Below are positions 17,333-26,258 of a stretch of 34,929 bases of DNA, piece by piece (positions within the stretch are counted from its first letter, which is position 1; every line of letters begins with the position of its first letter). A model generated the notes under the pieces. The model was not told the DNA's origin. It did no database searches and worked only from the letters and a program-made list of their open reading frames with translations. The DNA lies in sequence record DRR723986_6244; one strand, written 5' to 3'. The translations under genes were made by a program, and so were the position numbers.

Positions 17333-18175
17333 CTATGTGCAGATTTTGCGCATTTTGCCGGACGACAGGCCGGAAACGCCCGCGCCGGTGGCCTTGCCCC
17401 AGGAAACGATGACCGGTCGTTCCAACCCGTCCAGGGGCATGATCCTGCAGGCGATGTCAAATACGGAAGAGACGGTCGCTTCCGTCAGCACCTCCGTTGT
17501 CGGCCCGTTGGCGGCGATCCGTCCCTTTTCGAAAAGCACAACGTGATCGGCGTAGCGCATGGCCATGTTGAGATCATGCAGGACAATGACGAAGCTTCGG
17601 TTCTCGGAGCGGCTCAGGTGCTTGACGAGGTCCAGCAACTCAAACGCATGGGCAATGTCCAGATGGTTGGTCGGCTCGTCCAGGAAGATCCGGGGCGCAT
17701 CCTGCGCCAGTGTCATGGCAACCCAGGCACGTTGCAGCTGCCCGCCGGAAAGCTGGGCGAGAGCCCGGGTTTTCAGCTCGGTCATTTCGGTGATTTCAAG
17801 TGCACGGTCGCAGGCGGCCCTGTCCGCTGCCGATGGCCCGCCGAACCGGCTTCGATGCGCAAACCGCCCCATCAGCACCAGATCCTCAACCGAAAGATCC
17901 GACGGTGCATCGGGCGACTGGGACAACATGGCGACCTGGCGCGCAAGATCCTTCTGCGACCAGTCGCCAAGCGCCCTGCCTGCGATTTCAACATTGCCGG
18001 CATCCGGCCGGTGCAGACCGCGCATCACTTTCAGGGCCGTCGATTTGCCGCTGCCGTTCGGTCCGCAAAAGGCAATGATCCTGCCGTCGGGCAGGTCGAG
18101 ACAGACCTCGTTCAGCGCAAGAGCGCCGTCATATGCGGCACTGACACGATCGAGACTGGCCAGAGTGTCAGGCAT
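17333..18175 (-). CDS. Iron-siderophore ABC transporter ATP-binding protein (FhuC/FecE-like)
   Basis: Walker A GPNGSGKS, LSGGQ, LDEPTNHLD, VLHDLN. Confidence 0.95.
   Translation of the reverse strand: MPDTLASLDRVSAAYDGALALNEVCLDLPDGRIIAFCGPNGSGKSTALKVMRGLHRPDAGNVEIAGRALGDWSQKDLARQVAMLSQSPDAPSDLSVEDLVLMGRFAHRSRFGGPSAADRAACDRALEITEMTELKTRALAQLSGGQLQRAWVAMTLAQDAPRIFLDEPTNHLDIAHAFELLDLVKHLSRSENRSFVIVLHDLNMAMRYADHVVLFEKGRIAANGPTTEVLTEATVSSVFDIACRIMPLDGLERPVIVSWGKATGAGVSGLSSGKMRKICT
17337..17352 (-). promoter_or_regulatory. Candidate cre-tag-like response-regulator box upstream of the exosortase
   Basis: TGCGC-N6-TGCAC direct repeat with the spacing of the CreB TTCAC-N6-TTCAC site, 45 bp before the ATG. 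Confidence 0.3.
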
Positions 18176-19190
18176 GGGATTGCCGTCCTTTTACAAGCAG
18201 ATAGAGAAACAGCGGCGCACCGACGAGCGCAGTCAACGCGCCTGCGGGCAATTCCAGCGGCGGTGCGATGATCCGGGCCAGCGTATCGGCTGCCAGCACC
18301 AGGAAGCTCCCGGTCAGAGCCACGGAAACCAGATAACCGGACCGGAACTGACCGTGGAAGATCCGTGCAACATGCGGCGCGACCAGACCGACAAAACCGA
18401 TGGCACCGACATGGGCCGTTGCGATGGCCGTCAGGAAAACGGCAACTGCCAGCAGGCAGAACTGGGCCTTGTCCAGCGACAGACCGGTCACGGCAGCGCT
18501 TTGAGGATCAAGTACGAGTTGCCGAAGTGTGAGCCGTTGCCACAGCAACACCGGGATGGTTGCGACAAGGCCGAGACCGACCGCCAGAACGTCCTGCCAG
18601 TGGGCTGCACCAACCGAGCCCGTCAGCCAGGTCAGTGCCTGACTTGCCCTGTAGACAGGCCCGAGAATAATCAACAGCGTGACCGCGGCCTTTGCGAGTG
18701 CTGCCAGGGCAATACCGTACAAGATGATCTTCAGCGGCTTGCTGCCTGCCCGATCGAGCGATGCCAATGCGATCACCAGGGCACCGAAGACGGCCGCCCC
18801 GGCGATGGCGGCCAGAGGCTGCCAGTGAATGGAGACTGTCAGATTGTTCGCCTGATCGGAAAACAGCCACAAGAACAGCACGACGCCAACCGCCGCGCCG
18901 TCGGTAATGCCCAGAACCGAGGGCGACGCCATGGGATTGCGCACGACCCGCTGCAGCAAGGCACCCGCAAGGGCAAGCACCGCTCCGGCCAGTATGGCAA
19001 GGGCAACACGGGGCAAGCGGAGGGTCCAGACGATTACTTCATCCATGCGGCTGCCTTGCCCGGCCAGCGCCGCGACAACACGTTCCGGCGGCATGAAGCT
19101 GGACCCGATACCCGTTGCTGCCAGTGTCAACGCAAATACGAGCAGCATGACCGGAAGCAGCCTGACAAGAGGAAATGCGCCTGCCATCAC
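18168..19190 (-). CDS. FecCD family iron-siderophore ABC permease
   Basis: LRLPR, RNPMASP, IGFVGLVAPH, GAPLF; GTG 19190 or ATG 19187 overlapping the upstream stop. Confidence 0.93.
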   Translation of the reverse strand: MMAGAFPLVRLLPVMLLVFALTLAATGIGSSFMPPERVVAALAGQGSRMDEVIVWTLRLPRVALAILAGAVLALAGALLQRVVRNPMASPSVLGITDGAAVGVVLFLWLFSDQANNLTVSIHWQPLAAIAGAAVFGALVIALASLDRAGSKPLKIILYGIALAALAKAAVTLLIILGPVYRASQALTWLTGSVGAAHWQDVLAVGLGLVATIPVLLWQRLTLRQLVLDPQSAAVTGLSLDKAQFCLLAVAVFLTAIATAHVGAIGFVGLVAPHVARIFHGQFRSGYLVSVALTGSFLVLAADTLARIIAPPLELPAGALTALVGAPLFLYLLVKGRQSHA

Positions 19191-20176
19191 GTTGCCAGCC
19201 CTTTCCGCCTGTGAAGCAGATGTACCAGCATCGGCACACCGACAAGCGCAAGAACGGCACTCATCGGCGCTTCACCGGGAGCAACGACAATACGCGCAAG
19301 AATATCGGCAAGGACTGCGATCAGGGCACCGGTCAGAAGGGAAAGCATGATCAACTGCCGTGTCGACGGCAGGGCGCCGTCGGTCAGGCGCCGGGCAAGA
19401 TGCGGCGCAACCAGCCCCAGAAACAGCACCGGCCCCGCCATCGCCACCGCGCCCGCCGCAAGCAGGGCCGCAAGCCCGAGCGCCGTCAATCGGACTGCGC
19501 CAACATTGACACCCACTGACCGGGCACTGGCATCGTCGAGGCGCAGCACATCCAGCGGTGTTGCCAGAAGAAGGCTGCCTGCGCCTCCGACGGCAAGCAA
19601 CGGCAACCCGAGTTGCAACAACCCGACCGGCCTGTCGGAAAAACTGCCCGACAGCCAGAACAGCAGTGTCTCAAGAGCGCTTTCGTCGATCAGCAGCAAG
19701 GTCTGCGTGAAGGACGCCAGCAGAGCGGCAACGGTAAATCCGGCCAGCAACGTGGTTGCCGGATTGCCTGCACCGCCAGTGGACGCTGAAATCGAAAACA
19801 CCAGGGCCGTTGCCGCCAGCGCACCCATCACTGCTGCAATGCCGATACCGGCAAGGCTTGCCACGCCGAAGACCGTCACCCCGAGGGTCACGAACAGCGC
19901 ACCGCCTGCATTGACCCCGAGCAGTCCCGGCTCTGCCAGCGGATTGCGCGTAACCGATTGCATCAACAGGCCGGAAAGGCCGAGAGAGGCCCCGCAAACC
20001 ACGCCGATCGCGGTTCTTGGAAGACGCAACGTCGTCACGATCAGCGCATCTGCGCCCTCGCCCCCCAAGAGCGCGGAAAGAACCGTATGAGGCGTATAGA
20101 AGGTCAATCCGGCATGCAGGCTGAAAATGACAGCCGCGCACAGCGCCAGACACAATGCAATCGCCGGCCGCCTCAT
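19187..20176 (-). CDS. FecCD family iron-siderophore ABC permease
   Basis: LRLPR, RNPLAEPGLLGVNAG, FLGLVAPH; ATG at 20176 after GGAGGGGAGAGG. Confidence 0.93.
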   Translation of the reverse strand: MRRPAIALCLALCAAVIFSLHAGLTFYTPHTVLSALLGGEGADALIVTTLRLPRTAIGVVCGASLGLSGLLMQSVTRNPLAEPGLLGVNAGGALFVTLGVTVFGVASLAGIGIAAVMGALAATALVFSISASTGGAGNPATTLLAGFTVAALLASFTQTLLLIDESALETLLFWLSGSFSDRPVGLLQLGLPLLAVGGAGSLLLATPLDVLRLDDASARSVGVNVGAVRLTALGLAALLAAGAVAMAGPVLFLGLVAPHLARRLTDGALPSTRQLIMLSLLTGALIAVLADILARIVVAPGEAPMSAVLALVGVPMLVHLLHRRKGLAT

Positions 20177-20231
20177 GCGCCCTCTCCCCTCCGATTGACA
20201 AATCAACGGCCCGTCCATACACGGGTTTAAT

Positions 20232-20252
20232 ACTGGAGGCAAATATTCAACT
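20232..20252. promoter_or_regulatory. Possible iron-responsive operator (RirA/IRO-like) in the divergent promoter
   Basis: Minus strand TGA-N9-TCC (20249-20235), one mismatch to TGA-N9-TCA; TTGACA at 20195-20200 nearby. Confidence 0.35.
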
Positions 20253-20268
20253 TTTTGGAGTCGTTCTA

Positions 20269-21177
20269 ATGAAGATCTGGTCACGCCTGCTGTGCGCCCT
20301 GCCGCTGTTTGCAATGCTCGCATCAGCCCCTGCGATTGCTCGCGATGTCACCGACAGCATGGGCACCGTCACGGTTCCGGACGCCCCGAAACGGATTGTC
20401 GTCCTTACCAATGAAGGCACGGAAGCGATGCTGGCACTGGGAGTGACGCCAGTGGGCGCGGCCAATTCCTGGAATGGCGATCCCTGGTGGGACCATATTT
20501 CCGATGCCATGGACGGAGCAGAACCTGTCGGCAAGGAAAGCGCGGTGAACCTGGAACTGATCGCGGCTCTGGAGCCCGACCTGATCCTGGCAAACAAGCA
20601 GCGGCACGAGGAAATCTATCCGCAGCTGACTGCAATCGCCCCGACCGTCATGTCCAAGGAGCTTCGTGGTGACTGGAAAATCAACTTCCGCCTCTATGCC
20701 GAAGCGCTCGGTAAGGAGCAGGAAGCGGATGCAGCCATCGACGATTACGATGCTTCAGTCGCAGACCTTCGCGAGAAACTTGGTGACCACCTCAACGAGG
20801 AAGTTTCCGTGATCCGTTTCGTGCCCGGCCAGATCCGCATCTATCAGCTCGACAGTTTCTCCGGTGTGCTTTTGAAAGACATCGGCTTCCACCGGCCGGC
20901 AAACCAGAATGTGGAAGAATTTGCCATCCGCACCGGCAAGGAGAGCATTCCGGATATGGACGGCGACCGGATCTTCTATTTCACCTATGACTCTGGCGAT
21001 GGCAAAGGCACGTCTCTGGAAGAAGAAGTGCTTGCCGATCCGTTGTGGCAGTCCCTGTCCGCCGTCAAGGCGGGCAAGGTGCATCAGGTCAGCGATGCGA
21101 TCTGGAACACCGCCGGTGGCATTCTGGCCGCAAAGCTGATGCTTCACGACATTGCCGGCATTTACGGCCTCGACTAG
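20269..21177 (+). CDS. Iron-siderophore periplasmic substrate-binding protein (FhuD/YfiY-like)
   Basis: Signal peptide, VPDAPKRIVVLTNEGTE, NLELIAALEPDLI, LTAIAPTV, AVKAGKV; GGAG SD. Confidence 0.94.
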   Translation: MKIWSRLLCALPLFAMLASAPAIARDVTDSMGTVTVPDAPKRIVVLTNEGTEAMLALGVTPVGAANSWNGDPWWDHISDAMDGAEPVGKESAVNLELIAALEPDLILANKQRHEEIYPQLTAIAPTVMSKELRGDWKINFRLYAEALGKEQEADAAIDDYDASVADLREKLGDHLNEEVSVIRFVPGQIRIYQLDSFSGVLLKDIGFHRPANQNVEEFAIRTGKESIPDMDGDRIFYFTYDSGDGKGTSLEEEVLADPLWQSLSAVKAGKVHQVSDAIWNTAGGILAAKLMLHDIAGIYGLD

Positions 21178-21186
21178 AAAAACGTT

Positions 21187-21210
21187 CGGCTTCCGCTTGA
21201 ACGGAAGCCG
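21187..21210 (+). terminator. Hairpin after the substrate-binding protein gene (terminator or stabiliser)
   Basis: 9-bp stem CGGCTTCCG/CGGAAGCCG, poor U-tract. Confidence 0.4.
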
Positions 21211-21309
21211 TTCCCCCACAGGCACCGCCCTGAGATTGCGGATAAGCGGGTTCTCACCGGCACCGACCGGTTGCCTTGCTGTCCGTCATTGAAAACAGAA
21301 GGGTAAGCC

Positions 21310-21687
21310 ATGACCACCGACACTTCCTCGCAGCTGCGGCTCGGCCGCATCGCCGCAACACTGGGCGTCAGCGATATTGAACGTTCCCGTACACTCTACC
21401 GGGAAATCTTCGGCCTGGAAAAAGTGTTCGAAAACGGCAGTCCGGTTGGCTTCATGATCCTGAAGAAGGACGAGGCCGAATTGCACCTGACACTCCAGAA
21501 AGGCTACCGGGCTCCGCCATTCAATCAGGCCCACATCATGGTGTCCGACGCTGACGCCGCCTGCCGGGCCTGCGAGCGCCATGGTTTGCGCATCGTCAAG
21601 CGCCTCCAGAACAAGGACTACGGCCTCAGAGCCTTCGTCTTCGCCGATCCGGACGGCAACCGGATCGACGTTGCCGAGGAAATCTGA
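21310..21687 (+). CDS. VOC/glyoxalase family protein
   Basis: VSDIERS, ELHL, DYGLRAFVFADPDGNRI. Confidence 0.9.
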   Translation: MTTDTSSQLRLGRIAATLGVSDIERSRTLYREIFGLEKVFENGSPVGFMILKKDEAELHLTLQKGYRAPPFNQAHIMVSDADAACRACERHGLRIVKRLQNKDYGLRAFVFADPDGNRIDVAEEI

Positions 21688-21700
21688 CCTGGCCGACCTG

Positions 21701-22168
21701 CTATCTGGTTGCCAGCTGGTGGGCGGCGAATTCGCCCATCAGCTTCATGAAGTCTTCCGGCGGCGGAAAGCCTTCATAACGGTGCCTGGCAGGCGTTTCC
21801 GCCCAAGGCAACTTGCTGGCAGTCATTGTTTCCATGAAGGGTTCTGTCCAGTGGAGGTCGTCGAGCAGGACCGAGCGGACATTGACGATTTCGTCGTACC
21901 CGGGAATACGCGTGAACATCCAGGTTTTGCAGTCTGGGCAGAAGTAATGATCCGCCTCAGGTCCCTGCAATCCCCCTTTGACCGGCGTACCTTCGGTCAC
22001 CTTGAACGCGGGTGCCGGCATGATCGCCGTCAGGGAATAGGCGCTGGAACTCATTTGCTGGCACCCTCTGCAATGGCAGGCACAGGTGATCAGCGGCGGC
22101 GCGGATACCTCGAAGCTCGTGTGACCACAACGGCATGTCCCCTTGAGTGAAAAAGTCTCTTGCGTCAT
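21701..22168 (-). CDS. GFA family protein (glutathione-dependent formaldehyde-activating enzyme-like)
   Basis: GTCRCG, CACHCRGCQ, FCPDC zinc motifs; ATG at 22168 with GGAG SD. Confidence 0.9.
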   Translation of the reverse strand: MTQETFSLKGTCRCGHTSFEVSAPPLITCACHCRGCQQMSSSAYSLTAIMPAPAFKVTEGTPVKGGLQGPEADHYFCPDCKTWMFTRIPGYDEIVNVRSVLLDDLHWTEPFMETMTASKLPWAETPARHRYEGFPPPEDFMKLMGEFAAHQLATR

Positions 22169-22240
22169 GTCCGGCTCCATCTGGTTCGGCTGGCCGTTTG
22201 GCCATTGGCGACGGCAACTTGCAGAGGTTCGCGTCTCCTT

Positions 22241-22684
22241 TCAAGTGTCTTCTGGCCTGTGGCAATTGCTGACGAGCCTGGCCAGAACATTCACCACAAG
22301 GCTGTAATCAACCTCGGAGATTCCCTGCATCGCCTTTCTCCGCAAGGCGGTTTGGCGTTCCATCGCGCTTCTGTGGACGTCCCTGCCCTTGTCCGTAAGC
22401 CGCCAGAAATCTTCCTCGGACCGAAGAAGCCGCCGGTCTGCAAGACTGATCAGAACCTTGTGCAGGTCCCTTACCTCCAGCATGGGATCAAAGATCTCTC
22501 TCAGCCGGCCAAACGGCATTCCTGCTGCACTTTCGGCAAGCGTATTGAGCACCTGCCAGTCGGCTCGCTCAAGCCCCAGGTCAGACTGGATGGCCTCGAT
22601 TGCCTTGGTAAGACATCTATCGGCAGAGCGGATCCAGTACCCGATCGGGCGCGTGGAACCCTGCGTTTCAAATGGGATCGTCAT
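22241..22684 (-). CDS. MarR-family winged-helix regulator
   Basis: PIGYW, GLERADWQVL, LTDKGR, GISEVDY; GGGAG SD. Confidence 0.75.
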   Translation of the reverse strand: MTIPFETQGSTRPIGYWIRSADRCLTKAIEAIQSDLGLERADWQVLNTLAESAAGMPFGRLREIFDPMLEVRDLHKVLISLADRRLLRSEEDFWRLTDKGRDVHRSAMERQTALRRKAMQGISEVDYSLVVNVLARLVSNCHRPEDT

Positions 22685-22948
22685 GACATGCTCCCTCGAC
22701 TTCGCAAACGCGAAGGGCGCGGCATCTCCGCCGCCACAGTCGGGGATTCTTGCCGGACGGCGTTTATGCCGCCTGACCGAACAAAGCCTTCACGTGTGAA
22801 GGGACCGGGGCTTACCCGGGCGACAGGCCCAACCGGTCACGCCTTTTTCGACAACCTTCAGGTAACCGGACCGCGGCATCCTTGCAATATTGACGACGTG
22901 CCAAGAAGCCGGGATGGAACAAAAAACGTTGGCTGGCCTGGTACCCGG

Positions 22949-23947
22949 TCAAACTTTTTCCAGCAATGGCCGGAGGGAGGGATGAATGTTCGGGCTTTCT
23001 TCCCGGATGAACCGCAGCAGGGCCTTCTCGTTTTCATGCAGGATACCGTCGCGGCCAATGCGCTCCACCAGCCAGCTGGCTTCGTCTTCCGTCACCACCT
23101 CATTGGCGGCAATCTCCGCAAGCATCTCGTTTCCGCGGGCGGTGAACGGGTCAGGTGTGTCGCCATAGGCGTCACGAATGCCACCGACACCACCGCTGAA
23201 CATCTTCTTGAAAAAACCGCCGAGCCCACCTTCAAATCCGCCGGGCTGTTCCAGCCAGTTTTCACGCTCGAGGGCAATCTTGCGGGAGGGTGGCGTGAAA
23301 CCGGACATCGCCATCATGTAATTGGCGACCGCCTTGGCAAAGAGCTCCGACCAGCCGGGAGCATTTTCCGCCTCTATTGTCGCGTCGTTGAGATCGAACA
23401 GTACCTCGGCTTCAGCCTTCGAAATGGCAACGCCGCGACTGCCGGCACCGGCATAGAGCACCCGGCGCAGTAGCTCCACTTCAGCCTCGGCAATGACGCC
23501 GGGCTTGAGGTCCAGGCCCGAGCGCGTCGGACCTTTCCCCGAAATCACGCTGTCTGCCACAGCCCGTAGTGCAAACTGTTCGAGACTTTCCGGTGCTTCG
23601 CGGGCTTTTTCCAGCACATGCAGCACGGCGTCCAGCTCGGTTTTGCCACAGATATGACCATCCGCCATGATCTGGTTGACCAGCCAGGCTGCCTTGTCCT
23701 CGGAAACATAGCCCTCTGGTTTTGCCTGGTGCACCAGGATATCGAGGATGGCTTCGGGAAAGAGTTCGTACCAGGTGTCGTGATAGGTGATGTCGGCATT
23801 GTTCAGCCGAAAAAGAGCCTCGCCTTCTTCAACGGACACAGCCATGTCGCCGTAAACGTAGCGGCGCACGTTGATGACATCATCCTCACTGAGATTTCCC
23901 GCTGCTATTCTGGCAGTCACGAATTCATTCAACGTCGGTTTGGCCAT
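22949..23947 (-). CDS. Hypothetical protein with duplicated acidic helical (TerB-like/EF-hand-like) domain
   Basis: Long ORF with AGGGGG SD; two homologous halves visible by eye. Confidence 0.8.
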   Translation of the reverse strand: MAKPTLNEFVTARIAAGNLSEDDVINVRRYVYGDMAVSVEEGEALFRLNNADITYHDTWYELFPEAILDILVHQAKPEGYVSEDKAAWLVNQIMADGHICGKTELDAVLHVLEKAREAPESLEQFALRAVADSVISGKGPTRSGLDLKPGVIAEAEVELLRRVLYAGAGSRGVAISKAEAEVLFDLNDATIEAENAPGWSELFAKAVANYMMAMSGFTPPSRKIALERENWLEQPGGFEGGLGGFFKKMFSGGVGGIRDAYGDTPDPFTARGNEMLAEIAANEVVTEDEASWLVERIGRDGILHENEKALLRFIREESPNIHPSLRPLLEKV

Positions 23948-24016
23948 GCTGTCCCCCTTGAAAACCGGAACGACTATTGCCGAAATTTCTTGAAGTTACC
24001 CTAAAACCGAACCGAC

Positions 24017-24048
24017 AAAAAAAGGGAGCCGCGAGGGACGGCTCCCTT
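24017..24048 (-). terminator. Rho-independent terminator of the EF-hand gene
   Basis: 10-bp stem AAGGGAGCCG/CGGCTCCCTT ending in a U7 tract on the minus strand. Confidence 0.85.
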
Positions 24049-24142
24049 ATCCGTTTCCCGTGCGCGGGGTGGGGCCGCCGGGGGTGGGAAACGGCTCCGG
24101 CCGGTGTGATCGGCCGGAGTTTTTCAGGTGTTCTGCGCCAGA

Positions 24143-25294
24143 TCAGCCGCGGTGGTGTTTACCCCATCCCTGACCTTGGCCCTGACCTTGCCCCTGACCA
24201 CGACCTTCGCCATCACCATGGCCGTGACCTTTCTTCCAGCCGTGGCCCTTGTCCGGACCATGGCCACCTTTCCGGCCACCCTTGAAGTCCGCCTTGGTGA
24301 TCACGCCGTCGTTGTTGCGGTCGGCGCGCTCCAGCATGCGGTCCTGGTGTTTGCTCTGTTCTTCCGCGGTAATCCCGAGGCTGCCGTCGGCATCGGCACG
24401 CTGGAACATGTCGACCACCCGGTTCTCGTTGATCGAAAGCCACAGCGGACCGAAATCCTGAAGCGTGAACGAGCCGTTGCCGTTGGTGTCGGCCAGAGCA
24501 AACAATTCACCGCGCCTTGCATCGAATTCCTCGCGGCTCACCTTGCCGTCCGCATCGGTGTCGAACATGCCCAGGAACATGCCTCCCGGGCCGCCGTGAC
24601 CACCACGACCCATGTGGTGTCCGCCTTGTCTCATTTGCGGACCACCGCGCCAGCCGTGCTCACCACGGCCGCCACGCTCTGCTCGCTCTCCACGCTCACC
24701 CCGCTCTGCTCTTTCGCCGCGCGGGCCACGATCATCGTCGTCATCGTCGGCCATAGGGCCACGCGGACCGCGAACACGTTCAACGGTTCCGTTGCCGTCA
24801 CGATCCAGCATGTTGAACATGCGATTGGCAAGAAAATCCGCTTCTTCCTGGGTTACAGTGCCATCGCCGTCACGGTCGAGGAACTGAAATGCCCTGACCA
24901 TGCGGTCATTGGAGCGGGTGAGAAATTCGGCCTTGAATTCCTCCAGACTGATCTCGCCGTTGCCATCTGCATCGGCCGATGTGAACTCCTGCGTCCGAAC
25001 TTCCTCGATTTCAGCCTTGGTGATGACACCGTCTTCATTGACATCGAAACGTTCGAACAACCGCTCGGCGCGTTCCTTGCCACCGCGCATGCCATGACCC
25101 CGGCCGAAGCCGTATCCCGGACCACCGCGCCCATCCATAAGCGCGACACGCTGTCCGTCTGCCTGCTGAATTTGTTGCCCCCCGTCCTGGTTTGCAGTCG
25201 CGTTCTGGGCGGAAGCGGACAGGCCGGCCGTCAGCGCGGTACCCGCGACGCTCGCAGCCAGGGCGGCAATTGCAATCTTCTTGAACGGTTTCAT
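24143..25294 (-). CDS. Secreted multi-EF-hand calcium-binding protein with Gly/His/Arg-rich linkers
   Basis: Sec signal MKPFKKIAIAALAASVA..ASA; eight EF-loop-like motifs (DVNEDG, DADGNG, DRDGDG, DRDGNG, DTDADG, DTNGNG, DADGSLG, DRNNDG); GGAG SD. Confidence 0.9.
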   Translation of the reverse strand: MKPFKKIAIAALAASVAGTALTAGLSASAQNATANQDGGQQIQQADGQRVALMDGRGGPGYGFGRGHGMRGGKERAERLFERFDVNEDGVITKAEIEEVRTQEFTSADADGNGEISLEEFKAEFLTRSNDRMVRAFQFLDRDGDGTVTQEEADFLANRMFNMLDRDGNGTVERVRGPRGPMADDDDDDRGPRGERAERGERGERAERGGRGEHGWRGGPQMRQGGHHMGRGGHGGPGGMFLGMFDTDADGKVSREEFDARRGELFALADTNGNGSFTLQDFGPLWLSINENRVVDMFQRADADGSLGITAEEQSKHQDRMLERADRNNDGVITKADFKGGRKGGHGPDKGHGWKKGHGHGDGEGRGQGQGQGQGQGWGKHHRG

Positions 25295-25340
25295 TCCAAC
25301 AACTCCTTGGTTCGTTGATGAGCTGAAGGTAGGCAGCAAT

Positions 25341-25418
25341 TGTCGCAGGAATACCGTCCGAATGGGCCCGAAGTGTCGCCATCTGTCCCGGATGGGCACT
25401 GCGACACACTTTGTTACA
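25341..25418. promoter_or_regulatory. Repeated TGTCGC/TGTAAC half-sites, likely binding sites for the adjacent OmpR regulator
   Basis: TGTCGC at 25341 and 25374, TGTCCC at 25384, inverted GCGACA at 25401 and GTTACA at 25413. Confidence 0.4.
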
Positions 25419-25529
25419 AGTTCCGGTCGCGCAAGCGCGTTTCGGAGACTATTTTTACCTTAGAAACAGTAGGATCACAGCTCCCGGCCGGTTTGAGACC
25501 ATTCCCGGCAGGCCAGATTGGAGAGACAC

Positions 25530-26258
25530 TTGAGCGATCCGAGCCCGCATATCCTGGTGGTGGACGATCACCGCGACATCCGCGAAACCCTTGCGCGCTA
25601 CCTCGTCAAGAACGGACTGCGCGCAACCGTGGCGGAAAATGCCGCACAGGCGCGCAAGACCCTAAAGGCAGCGTCCATCGATCTTGTCGTGCTGGATATC
25701 ATGATGCCGGGCGAGGACGGACTGTCCCTGTGCCGTCATCTGGTGGAAACCGGCTCCATGCCCGTGATCCTGCTGACCGCGATGGCAGACGACACAGACC
25801 GGGTGATCGGTCTGGAAATCGGTGCCGACGATTATGTTACTAAGCCCTTCAACCCCCGCGAACTGCTCGCGCGCATTCGCGCGGTTCTGCGCCGTACATC
25901 GCTTGTGCCGAAGGAACGCGATCCGATCGAGCACGACAGGCTTCATTTCGACGGTTGGTCGCTGAATGTCTCGCGCCGAGAGCTTCTGGACCCGGAAGGG
26001 ACTTCGGTGGCCCTTTCCAGCGGCGAATTCCAGTTGCTGTGCGCCTTCCTCAAACGTCCGAAAATGGTGCTGAACCGCGACCAGCTGATGGACCTGACAA
26101 CCGGCCGGACGCCCGCTGTCTTCGACAGGTCCATCGACAACCAGGTCTCCCGTCTGCGCCGCAAGATCGAGATCGATCCGAAAGACCCCAAACTCATCAA
26201 GACCGTCTGGGGCGGCGGCTACATGTTCACCGCGGAAGTGAGAGACACGGCCGAATGA
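25530..26258 (+). CDS. OmpR-family response regulator
   Basis: HILVVDD, LDIMMPGEDG, GADDYVTKPFNPREL, FDRSIDNQVSRLRRKIE, TVWGGGY; TTG at 25530 after GGAGAG (alternative 25518). Confidence 0.94.
   Translation: MSDPSPHILVVDDHRDIRETLARYLVKNGLRATVAENAAQARKTLKAASIDLVVLDIMMPGEDGLSLCRHLVETGSMPVILLTAMADDTDRVIGLEIGADDYVTKPFNPRELLARIRAVLRRTSLVPKERDPIEHDRLHFDGWSLNVSRRELLDPEGTSVALSSGEFQLLCAFLKRPKMVLNRDQLMDLTTGRTPAVFDRSIDNQVSRLRRKIEIDPKDPKLIKTVWGGGYMFTAEVRDTAE

Noticed and set aside
24168-24200. 6-bp tandem repeats (CCCTGA/CCTTG) as CRISPR or contingency locus
   Set aside because: Degenerate codons for a Gly-Gln repeat inside the EF-hand gene; no spacers or cas genes
24143-25294. Lanmodulin-like lanthanide binder
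   Set aside because: EF loops lack Pro at position 2, and size and architecture differ
25955-26254. N-terminal extensions in the ORF track (kinase 25955, ArsR 30781, binding protein 20155, odc 6629, reductase 9438)
   Set aside because: Most overlap neighbouring genes; downstream starts have better SD sequences or match the family N-termini
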